64,000 nt of DNA. Origin: Macrostomum lignano (taxonomy: Eukaryota). A model generated the notes under the pieces. It had not been told where the DNA came from, searched no databases, and worked only from the letters and a program-made list of their open reading frames with translations. Position 1 is the stretch's first letter; each line of letters begins with the position of its first letter. The stretch is taken from the NCBI GenBank assembly GCA_002269645.1, contig NIVC01004013.1:1-64000 (forward strand), written 5' to 3'. Positions 10,569 to 27,534 of the stretch are shown in pieces. The translations under genes were made by a program, and so were the position numbers.

Positions 10569-13500
10569 TGGCGACGAGCTCAGCCTTTAGCCGCATTCCG
10601 GAGTTATCAAGGGACTCCGACTTCGAAGTTTACATTGAGAGACTCGAACAATACTTCGTATGCGCTAAAGTCACTGAGGAGCCCACCAAAGTGGCCACAC
10701 TTTGCACTGCCATAGGAGAAACCGCCTACACGGTGCTTCGCAACCTATGTCAGCCGGACAAGGTTTCAGAAAGGTCATACGACGGCCTAAAGAAAATTCT
10801 GCAAGACCATTACGCTCCCGCGCCATCCGAGATCGCCGCATGCTTCAAGTTCCAGCAGAGAATGCAATTGCCGGGAGAGGACTTCGCCACCTTCCTGGCA
10901 GGGCTGAAGGCAGCCACTCTGCACTGCAACTTCGGCACGGCGCTGGAGGAGAGACTGCGAGACCAGGCCGTCTTCGGTCTCAGGAACGATGCCATCCGCT
11001 CAAAGCTGCTGGAAATCTCAAAGCTGACTTACGCCCTGATGGTCGCGACGGTGTCATCGATGGAGGCAGCGCAGCGCTACGCGAGCGAGATCGCGCCCAG
11101 AACACTGGAGACCGCCGCAGCGATCAGCAAGGATGTTGGCAGCGGACAGACGCGTAAGCACGAGAGGCCGCAGCTCCTGACTCGCTGCTTAGCGTCGCCG
11201 CACCCACACCAGCAGCAGCCGTGCGCCAGCTGCGGTGGCCGTCACGATCGACAAAGCTGCAAATTCCGCGATGCCAAGTGCCACGCCTGCGAGAAGACAG
11301 GCCACATCCAGAATGTTTGCAGGTCAGCCAGGGTCAAGCAACTGGACTCCGCTGCAGCTGCGTCGGACCAGGACAGTGACAGCCAGGGCTCGATCCTCTA
11401 CGTCGGATCTCGATCGTCCCGATCCTTGACGGTCACTTTGGAGGTGGACGGTCGCGACTGCCCGTTCGAGCTGGACACTGGATCAGCCGTCACGCTGATC
11501 CCAAAGAAAATGGCGGATGAGCGGCTCCCAGGACTGCGTCTACAGCCAACGGCGATGGTGTTACGCACATACACCAACGAGCAGTTCAAGCCGCTAGGTG
11601 AAGCCAGAGTCGCTGTCAGTCACAATGGCCAGAAGGCAATCCTCCCGCTGCTCGTGGTCTCCCAGGGCAGTGTCCCTCTCCTAGGACGAGACTGGATGGC
11701 TCGACTAAAACTGGACTGTCACGCAATCATGGCTCAGGTCAACTCAGTCAGCACCAGCTCTGACACCACTGACCTAACGCAGCAGCCACACCGCGGTTTT
11801 TCAAGGCCAGGCCGGTCCCGTACGCTCTGAGGGAGCGGGTGAACGAGGAGCTGAGACGACTTAAGACCCAAGGCATCATCACGCCCATCAAGCACTCAGA
11901 CTGGGCGGCTCCCATTGTCCCGGTAGTGAAGGCGAACGGCGAGATCGAGGACATCTTCGCCAAGCTCGGCGGAGGCTGCAAGTGGACAAAGCTCGACTTG
12001 TCCAACGCATTTCTACAGCTGCCGCTGTCCGAGGAGAGCCGGGCCTAATTGGTATTGGTCATCAACACGCCGCGAGGTCTGTTTCAGCTCAACAGACTGC
12101 CCTTCCGCATCAAATCAGCCAGCGCCATCTTTCAGCGCACACTGGAGACGCTGTTGGGTGACCACGACGGCGTCCACCTGTTCGTGGACGACATTCTCAT
12201 CACGGGCAAGACTCAGGTGCAGCACAGACAGAACCTGACCAGCGTGCTGCAGCGTCTCCAGGAAGCCGGCCTTCGACTGAACAGGTCCAAGTGCCTGTTC
12301 TTTCAAGACTCCGTCGAGTACCTCAGTCAACACTCCGTCGATTACCTCGGTCATCAAATCGACGCGCATGGCCTGAAGCCTCTGCCAGACAAGGTCGCAG
12401 CGGTGCAGAACGCGCCGGCACCAAAAGACGTTAGCCAGCTGCGCGCCTTCCTCGGCATGCTGACCCACTACTCGAAGTTCATGCCGCACCTGTCTGCGGT
12501 AGTGGCGCCAGCTGCTGAACCAGCTGCTGACCAAGAACACCAAGTGGTTCTGGGGTGACGCGCAGCAGCGAGCATTCGAGCAGTCCAAGCAACTGCTGCT
12601 GTCCTCGGGCGCTCTCGTGCACTACAACCCAGACTTGTCACTGTACCTGGAGTGCGACGCCTCGCGATTCGGTCTGGGGGTGGTCCTGTCGCACAAGATC
12701 GGCGGCCAGAGGCAGGCGATTGCCTTCGCGAGTCGCAGCCTGACCCCGCTCAGCGCAACTATGCGCAGCTGGACGAAGAGGCGCTCGCCATCATGTTCGG
12801 CCTGCACCGGTTCCACCAGTTCCTGTACGGGAGGCACTTTGTCATCGTGACGGACCACCAGCACCTACTTGGACTGCTTGGTGAGCGCAAGGCCATCCCG
12901 GCACACGCCGCAGCTCGCATGCAGCGCTGGGCCATCCGGCTCTCCAGCTACGACTACAGCCTGGAGTTCAGACGAACGGCGCGGCACGGCAACTGCGACT
13001 CGCTCTCTCGCCTTCCGCTCGGCACCCAGTTCATCGAGGAGCCAGCTGTGAACTGCCTCCTCATCGACGAAGATGTCGGTTCGGCCCTGACGGCAAAGGT
13101 GATTTCTTCTTCTTCTTCTTCTTCGGGCGTGCTCGGGCCAGGGCCCATGGCACCGGGCGTCAGATGGCGCCCGCCTTCCCGAGGAAGTTCAACACCGCGA
13201 CGCAGTTCTCGAAAACTGCCGCGGGCTCCGGGCTTGGCCCCCAGAGGCGGCAGCGGTGTGATGTCAGGGCGGGGCAGGAGATCAGCAGATGGGCCGCCTC
13301 TGCGAAAGGTGATTTCGCAGAGGACGCGGACGGACGCGCAGCTCGGCAGAGTGCTGCTGTGTCTGCAGTCGGGCGCCCGGATCCCAGCTGCAGGGGGCCT
13401 CAAAGCGTTCTCTGGCCGACAGCACGAGCTGAACATCGAGCAGGGCTGCCTGCTTTGGGGGTCCAGAGTCATCGTTCCGTCCGCCCTCCGCTCGAAGGTC

Positions 13501-14640
13501 CTCAGCGAACTGCACCAGGCCCACCCTGAAGCCAGCCGCATGCGGGCGCTCGCTCGCAGCTACGTGTGGTGGCCCGGCCTGGACAAGGACGTGGAGGACT
13601 CCGTCAAGGCGTGCGAAACCTGCCGGCTCAACCAGGCCGATCCGCCCAAGGCGCCTGTGCACCCGTGGCCCTTCCCATCGGAGCCGTGGTCCCGGCTACA
13701 CATCGACTTCGCTGGCCCTGTCGACGGCCGCACCTTCCTGGTGCTTATCGACGCGCACAGTAAGTGGCCGGAGGTAAAGCAGCTGACCAGCACGACGTCA
13801 GGCGCGACCATCAACTGCCTTCGCGAGATCTTCGCGCGCCAGGGTCTACCTCGGACTCCGGTGTCTGACAACGGAGCTCAGTTCACGTCATCCGAATTCA
13901 GCGAGTTCCTGCGTCTCAACGGCATCGAGCATGTGACTTCAGCTCCGTTTCATCCTGCGACCAACGGGCAAGCCGAACGGTTCGTCAAGGTGCTGAAGCA
14001 GCACCTAAAGAAATCGGGACTGTCAGAGAGCTCTGCAGCAGCTCCTACTCGCCTATCGCAACACGCTGCATTCGGCCACAGGCGCAGCTCCCAGCCAGCT
14101 GCTCTACTGCTCTACGACTCCGATCTCGGCTGGACCTGCTGACGCCATCGCTCGTCAGCAACCGTCACCGGCAGCAGGAGGCAGCGCTCCAGCAGTCGCC
14201 AAGACCGACCAGGACGTTTGCCGAGACCGGCGACCTGCCAGCGGCCCACCAGGACGGCTCTTCCGACGGAAACCTGGCGCCCGGCCCCGGGCCTGGCGAT
14301 GGCATTGTGAAGCCTGCGGCGGGCTCGCCGGCCCGGCGGTACCCCGAGCGAGCCAGGGTACCTCCTGACCGACTTCGACTCGGCTGAGCACCAGCCTGAG
14401 GGGGGAGATGTCCTGGCCTGGGCTGCGGACCCTCCGCAGCAGGGCCAGTATGCGTTCTCCCACTGACTAAGCAGCACCGATTGTTCCCCTCACTGACTCA
14501 CCCGTGTCACCCCTACTGCACGCTCTCCATTGCTTCATGCTACGCATCCCCTGTACGTGTTCGTACCACAGCACGCCTATACGGTTCGGGCCCCAGAGCC
14601 CAGAAATATAACGGCAAACACGACCCCCTCGGTCTCTCCA
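10569..14640 (+). mobile_element. Decayed Ty3/gypsy LTR retrotransposon (Mag-like), gag-pol
   Basis: PBS TGGCGACGAG at 10569-10578 (complementary to the tRNA-Ser(GCU) 3' end); gag FEVYIERLEQYF; CCHC knuckles (CASCGGRHDRQSC, CHACEKTGHIQNVC); protease LDTGS; RT FVDD; RNase H CDAS; integrase HHCC plus DFAGP/SDNG/AERF; PPT at 14398-14408; 3' LTR starts TG at 14409 (end uncertain, ~14640). Frameshifts, an RT deletion and a stop at 12046. Confidence 0.95.
13107..13304 (-). mobile_element. 5'-truncated LINE 3' end (I/ingi-like) nested in gypsy pol
   Basis: 12-bp TSD AAAGGTGATTTC at 13095-13106 and 13305-13316; minus strand encodes EAAHLLISCPALTSHRCRLWG...VLNFLGKAGAI* (HLLxxCP C-terminal knuckle); (GAA)n tail. 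Confidence 0.85.
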
Positions 14641-14684
14641 CGTTTTTACTGACTGCCTGCCTGCTCACGGGATCCGCTCCCAGG

Positions 14685-15100
14685 GGGGTGCTTTCACAAG
14701 GTCGAAACTTCACAAGGTCGAAATTTCACAACATCGAAAACTTTAGCAAGAGACTTCATAAGGTCGAAATTTTACGAGGTCGAAATTTCACAACATCGAA
14801 AACTCTAGCAGAATACCTCATAAGGTCGAAATTTCCCAAGGTCGAAATTTCACAACATCGAAAACTCGAAAAGCAGCCACTTTCATAAGGTCGAAATTTC
14901 ACAAGGTTGAAATTTCATAACATCGAAACTCAAACTTGTGAAAGTGGCTGCTATTTGAGTTTTCGACCTTGTGAAATTTCGACCTTATGAAGTCTCTTGC
15001 TAAAGTTTTCGATGTTGTGAAATTTCTACCTTATGAAATTTCGACCTTATGAAGGAGGGTGCTTTCGACGTTGTGAAATTTCGAGTTTGTGAAACCCCCC
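14685..15100. mobile_element. Foldback MITE (Merlin-like)
   Basis: 8-bp TSD CTCCCAGG at 14677-14684 and 15101-15108; GGGG...CCCC termini; arms built from ~15-bp subrepeats (CACAAGGTCGAAATTT) in inverted orientation. Confidence 0.75.
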
Positions 15101-16879
15101 CTCCCAGGCAGAGCTTTGGACTAAACGTCAAGACTTACTTCTAAGTCATTACAGTACTCGTACTATATAGAAAACCAAAGCCGTCTGTTGAGATTATTTA
15201 TTATAGCTCGTAGCTCAGCCCGCTATCAGTCCTCAGAAGTTACGAACCGTATTCTATGGCGGATTACAGAAAAGCGAATTCTGTGACACATTGATTGTCC
15301 CTCCCCAGTCATCTGCTCAATCGCCAATAGATATTAAACTCAGCACTGCATCTATTGCTCGGAAGTAATGCCTTGACAAAAAATTGTAACTTCCAGCACT
15401 TTAGCGCAATATAGTATAGGTGGATTATTAGTTTTCGTGACTTGAGTTTCCTTGTTGACAAATGGATAAGCTTCTTTTTAGTCTGCAAAATTGCACGACT
15501 TGCGTGAGTGGAAAACAAATGAATCTGAATAAATGCAATAGACCTATAAACCTGCGACGAGCGATTCGAAATCAGCCCTAATTAGAGACACTCGGAGACA
15601 GACAAACGAGCGCAGCAAAGTGCCGATTACTAACTGATTACCATGCACTTGTGCGAGCTCTTTGCGTGCAAGTGCCCGGCCTTATTGACGTGCGTCGGGT
15701 AACTGAAATATGCGGGGCCCAAGGAGAGGCCCGTGCAGCTGCTTTGCCGCGCTGCTTTGCGGAAGAAAAAAAACGAGGGTAGTTAAGAGGAGGAGGTTGA
15801 GTTGAAGATAAGCCGATAGCGGGAGAGAAGGCTTAATTGTACCGGGACTAAGTGCCTAGAAAGAGCGGGAGGCAACCGGGAAGGGAGAATGTGGTGAGAG
15901 GAATTATGGGGCTATATACTGGGTCCATAGTGAGATAAATCAGCCGGAGAGGCCCGAGCAGGCACGCCGGGTGTGAGCAGCGGGCGGAAGCCTTTGGCCA
16001 AGGTGGTGCCGAACATGCGGCCAATATTGCCCCGCCCTCCACGGGACGCAAAGTGAGTGCGGGAGAAGAAAAAAGGGAATTAGGAATACGCGATCCTAGT
16101 GGAGAGGGAGATAGCGCTGAAAATGGGAAATAGAAACGAAAGAACGCAGGAAGGAAAGATGGACGAACGTAAAAAAAATGGCGCGGGAAAGAACCAGCGT
16201 GAGTGCCCGAGGCTCTGCTCCCCTGGGAGGGGGCGAATGAGTGCTGGAATTCGCGGGCTGCGGAGTAAGGCGCGTAGTTTGGCTGAGCAGCGAGATGGAT
16301 GCCTGCCGTCCTTTTATCATTGCGCCCTTGCAGTTCGTATTTATAAACACACTTGCCGGACTGTACTGCTTGCAGGTCTGTCAGCAAACTATCGATTTGG
16401 CTAACTTAAAGCCCTAGTTTATAACCGACATCGAAAAGTCAAGGCTGGGTTTCTGTGGAAAATTTATGATGGCTTATGCTTTCCGGTAATTTACATCTTT
16501 TGCGTAATCTTTTAAACTGGGGCGCAAAGCCTATCCGATAAAAAACAATATTTTTCAGATACATCCTTGATAAAAACAGAAAGAAAGTTTATGCAGATCA
16601 AGAAACTAGTTAATGGCACGACCTCAACTTGCTACTTAAAGTAGAAAACTGAGGGTAGAGCCATCCCAATGCAGAAATAGTGAGTGAGTGAGAGGAACAG
16701 TGGGTTGGAGGGGAGAAAATCCGGTTGCCTAAGCAACCGCAGTATTTATCAGGCAATAAAAGACTGTCAGATTACTATTTAACTACTTGCTGCTCCGGTA
16801 CCAGCTTCCCATTGCTTATCAAATTGACTTGGAAACTCCAATTGAAGCAACACTGTTTCTCGTGCACTGCAATCGCCAG

Positions 16880-17986
16880 ATGAAAAAACTCCAAATCGTT
16901 GCCTTCTGGTCGCTTCTAGCGTGTGCTACCACTGTATCAGCCTTAGAGAGTCAAGGTGAGAGCTAAACTCCATTACTGTTACGACTGGTATGTTATGATG
17001 CGGTACGGTACTTGTAACAACGACTCATCAACTTATATAGACTTTAATACCGATTGTCGTAGAGTTTTCTACCGAGCCCGCTGAGCCGTTGGACGCCACG
17101 GCTGCGCTGACATCGGCACCAGGCCGCAGCGATACGCACTGCGCCATTCAGTGCGCTGCAGCCGGACGCAGCGCCTGCTCTGCCACTGCTTTCGTATCGG
17201 GCTCGCGGCTCTGCCTTTTCTCTGCTGCCAGGAATGCGGACTTTGCCGCGACTGCTCCTGGAAGCCTCGTGTATCGAATCCGCTGGAAAGGTAATGATAG
17301 ATCATTATACCAGAAAATACTTTCTTACATTTATACTTATTGCTTATTAGTAAATATTGGGCTCATGAAACCGGTGACAGATCTACCGGATGGAGTCATG
17401 CTGATTCGAACTGGCGCCAGTCTGAGCTTCGCCAGGAGCTGGTCCGAGTACGAAAACGGATTCGGCAACGAGGTCGACGGTTGGATGGGTGAGCAGTTCT
17501 GCAGAATGCTAACTATCTAAGATTTTAACTGAGTGAATTACTGTGTTTGCCAATTGTCATTCAGGTCTGCGAAAAATCCACGAACTGACTGGAAACACGC
17601 CCAGGCGCCTGAGAGTGGAAGCTGTCACCTGGTCGAATGTGTTGTACGTCTGCGAGTACTCCGGCTTCTCCGTGGGAAACGCCAGCACTAACTACACGAT
17701 GACCTTCGACAAGTATCTGTCCGGCAGCTCCAACACGACATCTGACTCTCTATTTTATCACAAGGGGATGCAGTTTTCCACAATGGACAGAGACAATGAT
17801 CAGCATAGTTCTGTATTCTGCTCTTCTTCGGGAGGCAATGGTGGTTGGTGGTTCAAATCCTGCTCGCATTGCAACCCAAACGGAATCTACTTTGCTACTC
17901 GATCTTCCTCTCTTGGAAGATGCTATTGGAATGGCGCTGATGGAAGCTACTCGCTGAAAAGCATCAAACTACTGCTGGTTGTCTAA
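16880..17986 (+). CDS. Secreted fibrinogen-related domain protein (FReD) with N-terminal PAN/apple-like module; exons 16880-16955, 17063-17290, 17351-17488, 17565-17986 (287 aa)
   Basis: Signal peptide MKKLQIVAFWSLLACATTVSA; three phase-1 GT-AG introns give a continuous frame; CAIQC..C..F..C module; FReD motifs FARSWSEYENGFG, WMGLRKIHELT, GMQFSTMDRDND, GGWWFKSCSHCNPNG. Confidence 0.9.
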
Positions 17987-18282
17987 GTCAAAAACTTTTT
18001 GTTTTAACCATGAGATGACAGAAACAAAGTACAGTTAGGATTAGCTACAACTCTCAATTTTTAAGAGATCCGTTTATGATGGTAGATATTAATCGAAAAA
18101 ATAAACAACAACTTAGCTGCAACTATAAAACTGATGGCGGGCATGGTTTGAAAACTGATTCGTTACGTTCCGCATCCCTGAAATATAATATACTTTTTGT
18201 CAGAAACTTCCTCTTCTATTTTCCAACGGCTATCTACCATGGCACCTAAAGTAGTAGGACGCTATACTCGCTCAACCGACGT

Positions 18283-18636
<354 letters not shown>

Positions 18637-19070
18637 CCTGTTTGCCCAGTAGCGCTGGATCGGTGGTAAATATCAGAGTTTGCAGTTACCATGATAAATG
18701 TTGGCAGGTCACACCAACCCAATGCCGGATGCAAACTTCAACAAATAAAGTAGCTGGCACATGTAGCTTGTAGATTTCCTTTTTGAGTTTTGCAACCGGA
18801 TCTGAATTTCGTTCAAACAATGGAACTCGACTTAAGTTTAGATAGGGAAAATGTCTCTAGCAGAAATTGCACGAATTTCTCTACAAATATGGATATAGCT
18901 TCATGGGTGCCAGCTGCAGTATTCTGATCAGTTCTACAAAGTAAATTTAGAGTGTGGGAATTGACAAACGTCTGGCTGGTCGAGACAACAAAAATTAATA
19001 TTGGATATACAGTTTTCTAGGAAGAAAAAATTCGTCTAATTTCGAGACAGCTCTGGAAAGTGTGCATGTC

Positions 19071-19080
19071 TGATAGACAG

Positions 19081-19131
<51 letters not shown>

Positions 19132-19140
19132 GATAGATAC

Positions 19141-19200
<60 letters not shown>

Positions 19201-19570
19201 TGAGAAAGAGCGAGCGAAGCGAGCTCTTTCGAGCTTGCTTGCCGCAGCCAATCAAGCTGAAAGCACGCACACAAGATCACCGGAAACGATTAAGGCAGCT
19301 GGAAAGCCAATGGGCGCGGTAAGCGCTTTTATCCAGAGGAACTACCTGCTGGAACCAGCCATGCCGAACGAAAATCAGACTACTCAAGTAGTGCAAAAGA
19401 GTACGTGCAACTACCGAGATATCTAATTTTCGTAACCGCTCCGGTGCAGGTCCTGGCTATAGATGGTAGATAGCGAGAAAGAGCGAGCGAAGCGAGCTCT
19501 TTCGAGCTTGCTTGCCGCAGCCAATCAAGCTGAAAGCACGCACACAAGATCACACAAAATCAATCTAAAA

Positions 19571-19632
<62 letters not shown>

Positions 19633-19640
19633 GGATAGAT
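19071..19640. repeat. Two (GATA)n arrays (19071-19200, 19572-19640) enclosing a 79-bp direct repeat pair (19202-19280, 19475-19553)
   Basis: Direct reading; the two 79-bp copies (GAGAAAGAGCGAGCG...ACAAGATCAC) are identical. Confidence 0.9.
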
Positions 19641-19764
19641 ATTTTTTATAGATAAATACAAGGATCACTAGTATTATATCCTTGGATCTAGTGTGGTCCT
19701 TGGAAAAAATATTTCAGTAGTTTTTGTCAGTTCTCCAGGTATGTGGATTCAAGAGGTCCTACGT

Positions 19765-19880
19765 ACCATGAGACTCTGAGCTATGAAACTCTGAGCTACG
19801 GGATTCTGGGCTATGAGACTCTGAGCTATGAGACTCTGAGCTATGAGGCTCTGAGCTATGAGGCTCTGAGCTACGAGTAT
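19765..19880. repeat. 15-bp tandem repeat (ATGAGACTCTGAGCT), ~7 copies
   Basis: Direct reading. Confidence 0.85.
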
Positions 19881-20459
19881 GAAACCCTGATTCGAGAAAG
19901 TGCCTATATTTTCAAATTTTCTCTGTCTATGCATAGTTTTACTGAGCAAAAAGCAAACTGGCTTGATTCCCCATCCCCGAAAAACAATCCCCGAACAAAA
20001 TCCCCGAAATGCCACCGCAGTATTGAATTTCAGCAGCTAATTTCGTGTGGGGCTCTTCTTTCGCCACCATTCGGGGAATTCCGACAGTACGGGGAGACTT
20101 CCCGTGGCAATCAGCTTTGGAGGTGGGGAATTAATGAAAATCAAAGCTGAGAAGAGTCTTATGGTATTTGTCTTCGGCAGACCTTGAAAACGTTCGAGTC
20201 TCAGGGATCGGATTTGGGCTTCTGAGATTTTTCCGCACACACTCGAAGAGCCTCCATCTGGCGCGGTTCCCTTCGCAAGGAGGCTGGGCGCGGAACATGC
20301 CTGGGCGAAAAGTAAACTTTCATCATCGCATCATCACTCCATCGGTTTCTAAGCTCATCGGATTGCAGGCCGCTCCAGAGAGGATCTTGTGTCTATTTAA
20401 ACCCGGTGTGCGGGGACGCTCTCTGATTTCAACCGTGGGGCTGACACACTCGATCTAGA

Positions 20460-21784
20460 ATGAGCCAAGCTGGAAGCAACTCAACAGTGAGTTTCACCAT
20501 TGACAGCATACTGCACACTCCGGTGTCGAGCGAACTTGGAGCTGCCGGAGCTGCAGATGTCAGCAATTATCGGGCTCTACTACGGAATCAAACAAGCGCG
20601 CACCTGTGTGAGTTGTGTGCGGCTCATAATCTGTTGGAGCCTACGTATACAACCTACAAACTACGTATACAATTCTTGTTAAATTTAGTCATACCACCTG
20701 TTGATCAGGAAACTTTTACTTACCGCCAGTGTGTGTATGCGTCCTGTTAAACTAGGATCTTGTAGGGTCAAAGCCGGCACCTGTTGGGATTTAGCTACAT
20801 CACCTGCTAATTTACCAAACGTTGTTCAACAGGCAATAATTTTGTTCAGCTTCTGCAGCAGCAACAACTTATTGCGCCCGCATTTGCCGCTTATCACGAT
20901 TGTCGCTGCTCTTTCATCTTGCCGACGCAGCCTCCGCAGCAGCCTCCATCTTTTTCAGTAGCGGAGCCGCGGCAGGTCATGGAAGAGCAGAACCGTCGGA
21001 GCTTCGGGCGAAGACGACGTAATCGAACCATATTTAGTGAGCGCCAATTGGAGGAGCTGGAGCGACTGTTCGCGCTGACCCACTACCCGGATGTGACCAT
21101 CAGGGAGCAGCTGGCGGCCAGGATTCAGCTGCGAGAGGAACGGGTTGAGGCGAGTGCATGTTTACAGTAATTGCGACCTGCTTCTGGCTTGTGGCGCCAC
21201 TGCCTAGCACCAACCTGATGGCTTGTGGTGCCACTGCCTAGCACCAACCTGATGGCTTGTGGCGCCACTGCCTAGCACCAACCTGATGGCTTGTGGTGCC
21301 ACTGCCTAGCACCAACCTGATGGCTTGTGGCGCCACTGCCTAGCACCAACCTGATGGCTTGTGGTGCCACTGCCTAGCACCAACCTGATGGCTTGTGGCG
21401 CCACTGCCTAGCACCAACCTGATGGCTTGTGGCGCCACTGCCTAGCACCAACCTGATGGCTTGTGGCGCCAACCCTAACCTGATGGTTTGTGGCGCCAAC
21501 CCTGATGGTTTGTGGCGCCAACCCTAACCTGATGGTTTGTGTCGCCAACCCTGATGGTTTGTGTCGCCAACCCTAACCTGATGGTTTGTGTCGCCAACCC
21601 TGATGGTTTGTGTCGCCAACCCTAACCTGATGGTTTGTGGTGCCACCATATCCATTAGAACCCCAATTTACCAGATAGACACCAACACCACAACTGAAAG
21701 AGACCAATAGAATCAGCACTATTTACTTCCTTTCAGGTTTGGTTCAAAAACCGACGTGCAAAGTTTCGCAAGCAGAATCGCTGA
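20460..21784 (+). CDS. gsc: Goosecoid (K50 paired-class homeobox); exons 20460-20607, 20833-21149, 21737-21784 (170 aa)
   Basis: N-terminal eh1 motif SFTIDSIL; homeodomain [46 protein letters not shown]|[13 protein letters not shown] with K50 and the Gsc-diagnostic [26 protein letters not shown]; intron at the conserved codon 46/47 position with a GC donor. Confidence 0.9.
21185..21645. repeat. Minisatellite in gsc intron 2 (~34-bp unit TGGCTTGTGGCGCCACTGCCTAGCACCAACCTGA grading into shorter variants)
   Basis: Direct reading. Confidence 0.92.
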
Positions 21785-22149
21785 CAATGGCAACGAATAT
21801 TTTTCTGCACTTTACTTAAAAAACTGCTTATTTTCGTTACTGACTACTTATTTCACTTGCAGCAGCAAAGTAGTGAGCTAAGCAAACCTGTAATCCTGCT
21901 ACGCTCTAAAGTACGATCTGAAGTGGTTCGTTTGCTTCATTCATATCGGCATAAAATTTACTGATTATTATTCCATGAAGGAAGGTAAAGAACAAAGTAT
22001 AAAGTATGACTCAAATATAAATTAAATTTCACTTATTGATTTCTATAATACCGTTAAATCGATTGATCTATAGAACTGCGAATAAAACTACTCATCTTTA
22101 CCTTCATCTTTAAATGAGGCGGGTTGGATGTGACTAGGAGTTTGAGAAG

Positions 22150-22630
22150 AGTGAGAGGAGGGGTGGCCGGGAGTGAGAGGAGGGGTGGCCGGGAGTGAGA
22201 GGAGGGGTGGCCGGGAAGTGAGAGGAGGGGTGGCCGGGAAGTGAGTGGAGGGGTGGCCGGGGAGTGAGTGGAGGGGTGGCCGGGGAGTGAGTGGAAGGGT
22301 GGCCGGGAAGTGAGTGGAGGGGTGGCCGGGAAGTGAGTGGAGTGGTGGCCGGGAAGTGAGTGGAGGGGTGGCCGGGGAGTGAGAGGAGGGGTGGCCGGGG
22401 AGTGAGTGGAGGGGTGGCCGGGAAGTGAGTGGAGGGGTGGCCGGGAAGTGAGTGGAGGGGTGGCCGGGAAGTGAGTGGAGGGGTGGCCGGGGAGTGAGTG
22501 GAGGGGTGGCCGGGGAGTGAGTGGAGGGGTGGCCGGGGAGTGAGTGGAGGGGTGGCCGGGGAGTGAGTGGAGGGGTGGCCGGGGAGTGACCGGGGAGTGA
22601 GAGGAGGGGTTGCTGGCGGTGAGAGGAGGG
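22150..22630. repeat. G-rich ~24-bp minisatellite (GAGTGAGTGGAGGGGTGGCCGGGG)
   Basis: Direct reading, about 19 copies. Confidence 0.92.
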
Positions 22631-23352
22631 GGTGGCTGTGGACCGGAGAGGAATTATGAAAGCTAATTTGTGATTAAAATTCGTAATTACAGGCAGATTT
22701 TGTTCGTACATCATTAGAAGGCATTGAACCATTTAAGCAAAATTGGGTGCCAGATCTACGCTTGTAGCTTAGGTCGCGTGGTTGGATCATTCTCAGTGCT
22801 AATCAAATAAATTCTCACTCCTACAACTTCGAATTCTGTCTTGCAGTCAACGCCCTTTTCTGCCCTAGAAGCCTCCCTATACATGTAGATAGCCTGTGCA
22901 ATGCAAATTGTTACTAATCAGAAGATTCGCGAACCAAATGCAATAAATTGTGCACTCAGATCAAATGTCTGCTGGGCAAAATTTGCATTCATTATACGCT
23001 CTCGCACATAGATAGCTATATAGGCGCATCCTGTGCAGACCTCATCCAATGCTGGTGTAAGAACTACAATAGTAGGTTATTTTATTCAACGTACAAGAAA
23101 GACTTAATGCGCCTGCTAAAAAGCTGCAATACTGCTGAGTACGTTGGCAGTTTTGTAGCTAAAGAGCAGACTGATTGATTGATTAGGGTGGCGCGGGTTT
23201 AGGCGTGCTGCTATTGGGGAATTGGGATCGATTCAAGGGCTTGGCGAGTCACACGGAAAGAGAGAGGCAGTGAGAGACGCAAAGAGACAAGCAGCCTTAC
23301 TGTAAGAACGCAGAGCTACCAGCACAACAGCTGGCCGCGAAGAGTTCAAGCG

Positions 23353-27398
<4,046 letters not shown>

Positions 27399-27534
27399 AC
27401 TCCGAAATTCGATAAGAGCTGGACTCGACTGGAATTCTCTCTGCTCTGTTTTAGTGCATTGTTTTTCAAATTTTCCCCTGCATCCTAATGAGAATGCTGG
27501 CGCAGGATTCGCAATCCCTTTTTCTACACCTCGA

